Below are positions 39,701-50,330 of a stretch of 64,000 nt of DNA, in pieces. The stretch's first letter is position 1, and every line of letters starts with the position of its first letter. A program made the translations under genes and the position numbers. The notes below the pieces were generated by a model. The model worked only from the letters and a program-made list of their open reading frames with translations, had not been told where the DNA came from and made no database searches. Origin of the DNA: Octopus vulgaris (taxonomy: Eukaryota); the NCBI GenBank assembly GCA_951406725.2, contig OX597821.1:39556001-39620000 (forward strand), in the 5' to 3' direction.

Positions 39701-40108
39701 CCACCAAAATGTCATCTATGTAAGAACTGGTGGCCTTTCTAATCTTGTCCTCTTTCCCTAGGACGGACTTAAGCCAGCATGCATGTCACTCCTTCCCCTA
39801 CCTCTTCCGGTCAGCTCCCCAGCTGCTGATGTCATCCCACAATTTTCACCTCTTTCGATCTCTTTCAAATGCTATGTGTGGAGTTTCATTGAATACTGAT
39901 GCAGAATTGAGAGCTTGATTGGATTGATTTTTTTGAGTCGAAATCAGGTGATTTCTACCAACGAGGCATTGAAAATCTTGTTGAACATTGGGAAGAAGTT
40001 GTAAACAATAAGGGTGAATACTTTATTGATAAATTGTTGTTATTTTTTATTAAACCTTTTAAAAAATTTAAATTTAAAAAAACGGCGGGAACTTAGTTAC
40101 CAACCCAA
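36788..40108 (+). mobile_element. Full-length decayed mariner (DD34D), interrupted by an LTR element
   Basis: TIRs ttgggttggcaactaagttcc / ggaacttagttaccaacccaa+TA. Transposase from ATG 36888 with WYAKFKNG, WVPQAL, LHDNACPH, and CSPDLVPMDF | HLFRSL split by the insertion. Confidence 0.93.
37747..39841 (-). mobile_element. Internally deleted Gypsy LTR retrotransposon nested in the mariner
   Basis: TG...CA termini and a 5-bp TSD atttc/atttt. 3' LTR at 37747-38016, partial 5' LTR at about 39775-39841. Retains RT end, RNase H (AELDA) and integrase (HHLG...CDRC, WKRLAVDVTH, LMDNG, NGILERYH). Confidence 0.92.
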
Positions 40109-43100
40109 TACACATATATTTTGGTTATGTTGTGTTCAAATTTGCCAACTGCTGCTGTTAAAGCTTAAAATCCTGAGCACCACAATACAAATAGTAAATA
40201 TTCCATCTAGCCACATGGTAAAAGGTCATTTTATTAATTTTTGAAAGAGTAAAATATTGGATATTGTACATAACATAAAGTGTTACGTTGCTTTTAATAA
40301 CAATAACTAGACTACAATTGTTGATAAACGTTTTATGTCAACAGTCACCCTACACAAGTTTTTATTGTTTTTAGTTAATAATTAAACTCAACATGTAATT
40401 ACATAAGTACATACACTTACTACAATTAAGCTTAATTAGAAAGTAATTATATCAGAATAAACTCTATTCTGATCTTCTCCTGCATTGCCTCTATAGAATT
40501 AAAAATACAACTGGAATCAGATAAATAATTTTTCTGTACACTGATTGTCAAGAAAATTGCTGCTTCATATTTTTCTTGGCTTTTCGATACAAATCAGCTA
40601 TAAAATGTAGGTTCACTTTCTCCATTTATTTCTGGTGCCTTTCAACAGGTATGATTTGATGTGCGGGGAGGAGGCTATGCTAAAATTTATGATCTGAAAT
40701 ACATTTTTGTACAAAAACATTAAGAAACAACAACAATCCACTTAAAGATTAAATTATGAAAGATCTTGTGCATGTTTTTAAAAGGAACTTCAAATGACTA
40801 GGGGTGTTCCATTTTTATTCAATTTGCATCTATTATGAAGGCTTCATTTAGAATGTAATTTGCTAAATTTGTGGGAATTTATAAAAATTTATGGCTAATT
40901 TTTTTTCTAGCTCCATACATAAATTTTATTTTTTGGAACTTAAGTATTCCATTATTAAGGTGGAAGCTACATTTAACTGCTATGATTTAACTGGTTTTTT
41001 TTATGCTGAAATTAAATGTAGAACAAGATGCTTTTTTGTATTTGGAAAAAGAAAAACATCATCCATTTCAAGAAAGAACTCTTAATGATAAAGAAGCCTT
41101 TTATTTTTCACTCAGTTTATAGCTTTTACAAAGGTGTGATTTACTGGTATAGCTTCTTATCTTTGCAAGAATTTATGAGATTTTAAAGCTATGTATTTCC
41201 AGCTCAATACCTAAACTTTGTTTATCAATCTTGTATACAATATTATTGAATCAGAAGCCTTTGTAACTAATAATGAATAATTTACGCTCAGTTTCCAATT
41301 GAATTAGTAATGCTTGCTTGAAAACTAATGATCTCGTGGATCATTTCTCAACAAAATCTTTCTATAAACTACCAACAGTGTGTCTGAATTAAATCAAGTT
41401 CAATTAAAAAAAAATTACATAAACAATAGCCATGATAAATCTAATTACAAATTATGTATGTGGGGAGTTTGGGGGTATTGAGTACTTCAGTGAAACATTC
41501 TTAACAAAAGAAAATTAAGGTTACGTTGTTATTTTTATGAACTCATTACCATGAAAAAATTTCATTAAATTTGTTGATTCTCTTTAGTCTTTTTAATATT
41601 TACAAAATTCAAAACTACTTCAATAAACACTAAATTTGTTTTATTGTTATTACAACATAGAGTTACAATATTCTTTTGAGTATGCCAAATACACATTATG
41701 GCTTGTGTGTCGTCAATGACTGACCTTCAACATATCTTTATCAGTTTTTTAAGAAAGTTGTACCTGGTGTATATTTATGGTGCATTGTGTAATGCACAGG
41801 TAACACCTGTCTTTGAAAACTTAGGTGTTTAAGACCACAAATTATTTACTATCACAGAAGTAAATATAATCGGGGTAACATACTCAAGTCCCGACTGTTC
41901 TGAGGGCGCTGAACTTAGGACAATGAAACTTTGAACATCTCTCGTGGCATTCAGGCATTACATGGCTGTCAAAAGGAAGCCAAGGGAGATGCTTCTATTT
42001 ACTTTTTAAAATCGTTGTTGAAGTCTATCAACTCTCCAGTACTGTTCTTTGAGATTCCGGCCTCAGGTGGTGTTGCATGTTGTAGTCTCTGGCTGGTTCA
42101 GTTCTGGAAAAAAAGACCTTCCAATTTCTTCACTCTCAAAAGCTACTGGTAGCATTGAGGAAAAAATAGTTTCTCTTATTCCCATTCCTGCAATGATGAC
42201 TCATTCTTTGGAAACAGCAGCAACCGAATTCTTCTCTGCAGATGCCTGTTGTTATTTTTACTCTCCATGATGCAAGCTTTCTTTTGTTTTTTCTCTTCAA
42301 ACCCTTGAGCCCTCAACTCAACCTTACTCCAACGTGCAGAGAAACTGGTCTTTCTGCTCTGCCCCACTAAATTAGTGTACATTTCTGAAATGGATTTCAG
42401 GGTTAAATATTCATATAGGCCACTGCCCCCTCCTGACCACATAGCCTTGTGGGTCACTTCCATGTCTCCTACATGCCATAACTTGCACAATATTTCAACA
42501 AGACAAGAGTCAAAAGCTGCACCAATATCTTCAGCTATAACTCTGGTGGTTTTAAGTGTCATGTAGCAGGGCAGGGGCTAGTGAGCAGGGGTATGACACA
42601 TCGATTCCATGTATCGCTTGGTCACATCCTCAGTTTTGAAAATCAGGAACACATTATTGTACTCTGTACTCTGGTTGATGAAGCCACATCACTCGGCGCT
42701 TCCTCCGACACTTCTTATGATATAATATGGAAGCTGCCTCTGTTTTCAGAAAAAAAGCCATCTTCTAGTCCTTTCTTGAATAAACTCAACAAAGAAGGAG
42801 AAATTCCTTTTGTTTTATATCGTTCTCATTTCCTTTCCTTTTTATTGAGCTTTCATTTTTTTTCCTCAATGCTAATAGATGATGTAATGTTGATTTTGTG
42901 GGTGTTGCCTCATCTCTTTCTACTTTTTTTTTACCTGGTTTTCATTAAAATTCACACTTCCATTGTGACTCTCATTTTTTTGTGCAGACAGCATGCACTG
43001 TTGCATTTAATGTGATGTTTGCTCTCAGCCTTTTGACTAAATTCAAGATGTAATATTTTACTATTAAGTAGATAGTGTGACATTTCCAAATGAGACATTA

Positions 43101-43246
43101 ATGTTTCATCCATCATTTTGATATACTGGTCTCTATAATTATCACAGCAATTGTCATTTTTGATAGCATGGGTGGACATCTAGTAGTAGTGGTGGTGGTG
43201 GTGGTAAAAATAATAATAATAAAAACAAGAACAACAACAACAACAA

Positions 43247-43515
43247 TACATGCAGACAGGGAGATCAAAGCTAATTGAGTGATGTTATTGACAAGGATCG
43301 CCAAGGGAGGAAATACTTCCTAATCAACCTGTTGGTCCCAACAGATGATAATGAATCATTCCAAGAAATGGAGGAATTATCCAAATATAAAGATAATCAG
43401 AATATGGAGACTGAAAACAGAAACAATTCCTGTAATAATAGCCATCTTGGGAATGATTAAAATCTTGCAGACTGATGCATAATAATGTGCATGTCATACA
43501 GAAAATAGCCACAAG
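43247..43515 (+). pseudogene. R4/Dong-type RLE non-LTR C-terminal fragment
   Basis: DREIKAN..DVIDKD..YFLINLLVPTDDNESFQEMEELSKYKD..RIWRLKTETIPVIIAILGMIK, inserted next to (AAC/AAT)n. Confidence 0.7.
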
Positions 43516-44621
43516 CCAGCGTATATACGTGCATTATGTAGAGTATTGTTAAGATAGCATTGGATAATAAATGGAAAGCAAACATTGCACTATACCCTAG
43601 GCTCTCAGAACTGTGCTTGGTGGAGTAATGAATGCATTCCAATAGTGATAACATGGGGAACAGCAACAATAATAATGTTTTCTTTTGCTTGCCACAGGGG
43701 CATCAGCGAAAGGGACATTACGAAGATAGTTTAGAATTTGTGTAGGGATTTATGTAAAAGTTGAGGGAAAATGAAGGAGAGGAGGCGAGAGATGGGACAA
43801 AAGGTATACTCAGTGTTCAAAATCTGTGGCATCTTGGATTATGCAGTCCTCCTGATACAGGTGAGCCTCCAAGAAAGCTCAATCAAGGAAACCCATTTAT
43901 GGGTGCATTCTTAGAGAAGCTTCATTCCTTGTAACTATTTTAATGCCAGTCACCCACCTCTCGACAAATTCACTGGAGGAAGACACTTCCTTCTCTACCT
44001 TCGCTTCCCTTTCCAAGTGGGACTTGGAAAAGTCAGTAAGGGCTTGGCCAAAAAGGTAAGTGTCTAAAAACAACAACAATAATCCTTCTTATTATAGGCA
44101 CAAAGCCTGAAATTTTGGTGGAGGGGCTTATCAATTTCATTGACCCCAGTACTCGATTGGTACTTAATTCATCGACCAAAATTCTACCTCTGCATTTGGC
44201 AGTAGTTTCCTCCTGTACCCCTCTTCCTCACATTTCTCTTCAGCAGTACAACTAATCTCCAGATAACATACACCTTCCTGAACATGCTGTGGATTGTAGT
44301 ACTACGTTACAACAAAGGTAAATAAATTATGAAAGTTCACCATCTGTAGTATGTCCCTCAGAGGTTTAACCAATCTCTAGATGTCATACACCTGAATGAG
44401 CTAACAGTTTCCTGCTGTTCATAGCGTTACAGCAACCAAAACAAATGTAAAAGTTCTTAAAGTCCAGCAGTTTTAGTGTGTCCCTCCTTCAAACAATTCC
44501 AACAGTAGCTACTAAATACCAGACATGTATTGAGTGAAATTAGATTGATGGAAACTGCAGATCTGCCTCCCAAGATTTAATTGACCAAAACATTTAGGTC
44601 TGCTGAGGGAACAACTGAATC

Positions 44622-44851
44622 CCCAGTTCGCTGGACATTGTTGTAGAGCTGAAAATGAGGTAATTTCTACCCTTCTCCTCTGGAAGCCATCTGCTCATGA
44701 TACCAGAGGGCACACACTCTCCTACCCTGATGTAATCTCCAGGGATACAGGCATCAAGCAACAGGACCTCCGTAATGCTATGATGGACCATGAGGTCTGG
44801 CGTAATATAGTAAATTCCATTGTCTCAACCACAGTCGAACAATGATGATGA
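44622..44851 (+). pseudogene. RTE-clade LINE 3' end with (TGA)n tail
   Basis: QFAGHCCRAENEVISTLLLWKP...DLRNAMMDHEVWR...* followed by tgatgatga. Confidence 0.8.
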
Positions 44852-45550
44852 AGGATGCCACATTGAGGGAGAGATTAAAGCTACATAGTTATATATCAAC
44901 CCAAGATTTTGTTCTCTTTTCGTAGTTCCTGCTAACTTTACAGAATTATTTGATAAGTTTCTTTGGGACACAGGGAATAGTATTTCCTGTTATTTCTATA
45001 GTCTGAGGAGCAACAATAATTAATTAGTTTGTGTAAGTTCTTCAATCAGCTTTATATTTTAAGGTTGATAGCAAAGGCTTTGGTGTCTTGCTATTCTTTC
45101 AGTCTTTTATTATTTTTGGGGTTTCAAACACTGGAATGTGTCCAGACTGGGGCACGACTTTCATGACATTTTTCAGTTTTTTGTATATTTTATTGATCTA
45201 TATCTATCAAATTGCTCAGCTACTTTTCTGATCAGTTTTATACTTGTACACGTATACATTGAAAACTCAACATCACCTTCACCACCAGGCTTTGCAAGAC
45301 TAATAACTTTGGTGTAGAACTCAATATATGTATGCTTCAGAACACAGTGTTAGGCGAGTATAGAGCAGTAATAAGTAATGAGATGACAAAGGAATCAACA
45401 ATTATTATATGAACTTCATTAGCTTACAGCTGTTTCTGTAATTAGATGCAGTGGATTCATAGTTGATTGCTTGAGTGAAACCTTATAGTTTCATCTGAGA
45501 CTCAAACATGAAGTGCAATTTATTGGGGAAACATTTACATTTATTGTGTG

Positions 45551-45582
<32 letters not shown>

Positions 45583-45946
45583 TCATCGTTTAACTTCTGC
45601 TTTCCATGCTGGCATGGGTTGGATGGTTTGATTGAGGGCTGGTGATCCAGAAGGCTGTACCAGACTCCAATCTGATCTGGCAAAGTTTCTCCAGTTGGAT
45701 GCCCTTCCTAATGCCAACTACTCTGAGAGTGTAGTGGGTGCTTTTTACATGCCACTGGCATGAGGGCCAGTCAGGTAGTACTGGCATTGACCATGCTCAA
45801 ATGGTGCTTTTTATGTGCCACCGGCACAGTAGACAGTTAAGCGGCACTGGCAACAATCACATTCGAATGGTGCTTTTAACATACCACTGCACAGGTGCCA
45901 ATAAGGCAGTACTGAAATTGGCTCATATATATATATATATATATAT

Positions 45947-46212
45947 CGTTTTTGGATTTGGATTGCAAGATTCTTTACATGAGTTTGTGTGTTGAAGCAT
46001 ATACTGTTGTGTCTGGGGAGAGTCATTTTCTTTTTGTGCCTTATAATGTAACACACTCACCGGTAAAATTTCCACTTATTTTTTATTTTTAATTTCCTAG
46101 AACGAAAATTTTAGGAAAACAAAAAAAAGAAATAAGTGGAAATTTTACCAGTGAGTGTGTCACATTATATGGCACAAAAAGAAAATGACTCGCCCCAGAC
46201 ACAACAGTATAT
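45947..46212. mobile_element. Fold-back element in (TA)n with ~100-bp inverted arms; same family as 59688-59903
   Basis: atactgttgtgtctggggagagtcattttctttttgtgcc... / ...ggcacaaaaagaaaatgactcgccccagacacaacagtat. Confidence 0.8.
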
Positions 46213-46520
46213 ATATATATATATATATCCGTAATAATGAAGGGTGAAATTAATTAATTTGGAATAATTATCAATTACACCAAGTAGTCTTCGGCATGTA
46301 AAAGCCTCATTCGAGGAAAATTTAAGTAATACTAAGCAATAAAGGGTTTAGCAACGAATTGCCTTACCACATACCGAATTTAGAAATAGCAGTCAAAGAG
46401 TTATAGCTATTTCTTCTACTAAAGAGGGAGATCTCAGTAAAAAACACAGCAATTGGAAGGCAGACACAAACAGGTAAGAGAGAATGAATTGACGGCAATC
46501 TATCATACAATTTTAAGTTA

Positions 46521-46620
46521 TCTACGGACGCACGTTTCGAAATCAAGTTTTTAGGAAAGCATGAGAATTAAATATTAAATAATTCTACGTTACCCAAACT
46601 TCTTTTCTCTTCAGCGTAGA
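46521..46620 (-). ncRNA. Type I hammerhead ribozyme, copy 1
   Basis: Exact reverse complement of 47140-47239. Confidence 0.85.
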
Positions 46621-47139
46621 ATACTATAATCATAAGTGATTATATATTGAATTTTGAGATACTAGAAGGCACCAACTCAACTCAGTATCAGAGCGAGCTA
46701 GAATCCGCAACTAGTATCACCAAACTCAACGTGTGAATGAAAGGATTGTGTCACCAGCCCCTTCCCACCCGCGTGTAGCCAAAACAAGATGCTATGGTCA
46801 TCTACTGAGATAAAATATGGTTATCCGTAATAATGAAGGGTGAAATTAATTAATTTGGAATAATTATCAATTACACCAAGTAGTCTTCGGCATGTAAAAG
46901 CCTCATTCGAGGAAAATTTAAGTAATACTAAGCAATAAAGGGTTTAGCAACGAATTGCCTTACCACATACCGAATTTAGAAATAGCAGTCAAAGAGTTAT
47001 AGCTGGTGACACAATCCTTTCATTCACACGTTGAGTTTGGTGATACTAGTTGCGGATTCTAGCTCGCTCTGATACTGAGTTGAGTTGGTGCCTTCTAGTA
47101 TCTCAAAATTCAATATATAATCACTTATGATTATAGTAT

Positions 47140-47239
47140 TCTACGCTGAAGAGAAAAGAAGTTTGGGTAACGTAGAATTATTTAATATTTAATTCTCATG
47201 CTTTCCTAAAAACTTGATTTCGAAACGTGCGTCCGTAGA
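47140..47239 (+). ncRNA. Type I hammerhead ribozyme, copy 2; predicted cleavage after C47233
   Basis: tctacg-CTGAAGA-[long stem II G47153..C47221]-GAAA-C-GTGC-G-TC^-cgtaga. Intact core, 6-bp stem I, 2-bp stem III. Confidence 0.88.
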
Positions 47240-47735
47240 TAACTTAAAATTGTATGATAGATTGCCATCAATTCATTCTCTCTTACCTGTTTGTGTCTGC
47301 CTTCCAATTGCTGTGTTTTTTACTGAGATCTCCCTTTTTAGTAGAAGAAATAGCTATAACTCTTTGACTGCTATTTCTAAATTCGGTATGTGGTAAGGCA
47401 ATTCGTTGCTAAACCCTTTATTGCTTAGTATTACTTAAATTTTCCTCGAATGAGGCTTTTACATGCCGAAGACTACTTGGTGTAATTGATAATTATTCCA
47501 AATTAATTAATTTCACCCTTCATTATTACGGATAACCATATTTTATCTCAGTAGATGACCATAGCATCTTGTTTTGGCTACACGCGGGTGGGAAGGGGCT
47601 GGTGACACAATCCTTTCATTCACACGTTGAGTTTGGTGATACCAGTTGCGGATTCTAGCTCGCTCTGATACTGAGTTGAGTTGGTGCCTTCTAGTATCTC
47701 AAAATTCAATATATAATCACTTATGATTATAGTAT

Positions 47736-47835
47736 TCTACGCTGAAGAGAAAAGAAGTTTGGGTAACGTAGAATTATTTAATATTTAATTCTCATGCTTT
47801 CCTAAAAACTTGATTTCGAAACGTGCGTCCGTAGA
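47736..47835 (+). ncRNA. Type I hammerhead ribozyme, copy 3; predicted cleavage after C47829
   Basis: Identical to copy 2, 596 nt downstream. Confidence 0.88.
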
Positions 47836-48042
47836 TAACTTAAAATTGTATGATAGATTGCCGTCAATTCATTCTCTCTTACCTGTTTGTGTCTGCCTTC
47901 CAATTGCTGTGTTTTTTACTGAGATCTCCCTTTTTAGTAGAAGAAATAGCTATAACTCTTTGACTGCTATTTCTAAATTCGGTATGTGGTAAGGCAATTC
48001 GTTGCTAAACCCTTTATTGCTTAGTATATATATATATATATA

Positions 48043-48634
48043 TTTGTTGAAATGGAAAGATGAATTATCTTGTTACGGATTATTCAAAAGTTTAACCGAT
48101 ACCTGGGTAGCAAAAATCACAGCAGAAAAAACACGGTTGGAGTTATGACCATAGGGTGTTGCAACCGTGCGTTGGCGCGGATAATTGAAGTTTAATATAG
48201 TTAGTGAATGGAAGAAATGGAGCTGAACGAAGATTCTACAGAATTCCTTTTATTACATTCTACACATGTTTCAAAGGCCACAAATTTCCAAATTCTGATT
48301 GAATAAGGATACCATATTGCAGCTTTCTCTTCAGGAAAATCCAGGAATTATGATGTCCAAACAAAACAAAGGCGCAGCAAGCAACTCGAACAAGAACGCT
48401 CCCTAGGAGCCCCCCACTCCATGGGCTCCTAGGGAGCGTACTTGTTCGAGTTGCTTGCTGCGCCTTTGTTTTGTTTGGACATCATAATTCCTGGATTTTC
48501 CTGAAGAGAAAGCTGCAATATGGTATCCTTATTCAATCAGAATTTGGAAATTTGTGGCCTTTGAAACATGTGTAGAATGTAATAAAAGGAATTCTGTAGA
48601 ATCTTCGTTCAGCTCCATTTCTTCCATTCACTAA
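48043..48634. mobile_element. Second Penelope-like fold-back insertion in (TA)n, 212-bp inverted arms (48201-48412 / 48423-48634)
   Basis: Arms nearly identical (one mismatch seen) with a 10-nt spacer. Each arm carries a hammerhead motif. Confidence 0.85.
48495..48580 (+). ncRNA. Type I hammerhead ribozyme, second family; inverted copy at 48255-48340(-)
   Basis: ttc-CTGAAGA-[gaaagctgcaa...ttgtggccttt]-GAAA-C-ATGT-G-TA^-gaa. Palindromic ACATGT stem III, weak stem I, G.U at the base of stem II. Confidence 0.7.
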
Positions 48635-50330
48635 TTATATATATATATATATATATATGCTGAAAAGCATTGCCAATAAGAAAATGTGTACGTGGGGAAT
48701 GAAGCCCAGGAGCTCCTCCCATAATTAGAAAGATTACAGTTAAAGTATCTACAAGGATAGGTACACTAAGATGTAGAGCATCAGTAATAAGAACTGCCAG
48801 TAAAAATAGGGTGTGTGAGTATACACATATGTGCCTCCATTGCAAGCTCATGTATGCATACATACACACAACAGGCTTCTGTACCATTTTCATCTACTAA
48901 ATTCTACCCACAAAGTATTTGTCAACCTAAGACTATTGTATAAGACACCTTAGGTACCACACAGTTATATTGAACTCAGAACCACATGATTACGAAGCAG
49001 CATTCTTAATTCCACAGCCTTGCTTTCTCCCATAATAAGTTCATTCATTTGATTCTTTCATAATGTATTGCTATTCCGCTTTATTCTTTGTGGTTGCAAT
49101 ATTGAAATATATCAATGCTGTCAGAGGTTATCATTAGCTTAACTATTTCACTTATGTAATGAACGCTGTAGTTTTTATGTCACTTTTTCTTTTTAATATA
49201 TATCCTTAGATACATTTATACTAAAATTTATCAAAAGTATTTTCCACTTTAGTCATTTGAGACATGTTGAAGTAAATAAATTCAGATTTTTTTTTTTATC
49301 TTTTGTTAAATTGGTCCCAATTAGGTTTCCATACTTTGTGATTGTGTTTGTATTTATCTCCTTTATACATGTGTAGTAGAGAGATTCAAAGATGTTTGTT
49401 AGTGAGTTATTTCATTAATGGTGTTGTTATTATTGCTGTCGTTGTTCTTCTAGTTCCTACCTCTCCACCAGACAGACTCACCGAAACAGACTAAAATGGT
49501 TTTAGCAGCTAGTTTTACTGAGCATAAACCATGTGAAATATTGCAGTGTGCTTCTTGAAGTTGATGTGTTTATGTCTAGATGGGAGTTTTTATTTATGCA
49601 TAGAAAGTTTACATAGAAACTATGTCATCTGAATGTGTTGTTTATAGCAGAATGTATTATGTGAATGACAAAAATATCTTCCTGTGATGTTGTCTGAGGT
49701 AAGATTCAATGATTAAGGTGTATATGATTGTGTGGGAGATTTTTCTAGATTTCGGGTGTTATTTCTATCTCCCTTCAATTTGTTTATCTTAACATTAATG
49801 TTTCTGCAGGCGATTCTATTGAAGTAACTCTTTGATTTTGAGAAGATGTCTGGATGATTTCGGTTTTAGCTACCTGAATAATATCTATGGGAAAATTAGA
49901 TAAATATGATGTTTTGTTCTGTAAATATATATTTCTCAGTAGCAACATTTTTTTCAAGTGGATATTTTAGTGAACTGCTCAAAGTTTCAATGTTCAAACA
50001 CTCTTCAAGTGTTCCTTGTATTTCCTAGCAAGACACTCTATTCCACATTCTCTTGGTTTGATAGTTTGTAAACAATACACAATCAACTCAGCAACATTCC
50101 CAACTTAACTCTGTTCAACTATAGTTGGAAGAAAACAATCTTCTAATTATTATTAAAGTGTGGCTTTGTGGTAAGAAGTTTACTTCCCATCCTCACGATT
50201 TTGGTTTCACTTTCACTTGGTGGCACCTTCAAATATTGTCTTTTGCTATAGCTATGGGCCAACCAAAGCCTTGTAAGTGGACTTGGTAAATGGAAACTGA
50301 AAGAAGCTTGCTGTATGTGTGTATGTATAT

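Larger units (their letters stand above)
46226..48026. mobile_element. Retrozyme-like / Penelope terminal-repeat array: 596-bp unit, about 1.3 copies on minus then about 1.7 copies on plus, flanked by (TA)n
   Basis: Period 596 (tatccgtaat at 46226 and 46822; identical ORFs at 47214 and 47810). Inversion junction at 47002-47004 with gct microhomology. One hammerhead per unit. Confidence 0.88.

Noticed and set aside
41930-43015. Longer ORFs of 128 aa and 144 aa as host exons
   Set aside because: No recognisable domain or splice framework. At best a very decayed LINE endonuclease on the minus strand.
43910-44062. Open frame ending at a strong plus-strand donor (aag|gtaagt)
   Set aside because: Weak acceptor, unrecognisable peptide and no partner exons.
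46364-47992. Three identical 60-aa ORFs (MISKRASVDNLK...)
   Set aside because: By-product of the 596-bp repeat. They start at TTG, overlap the ribozyme core and show no protein features.
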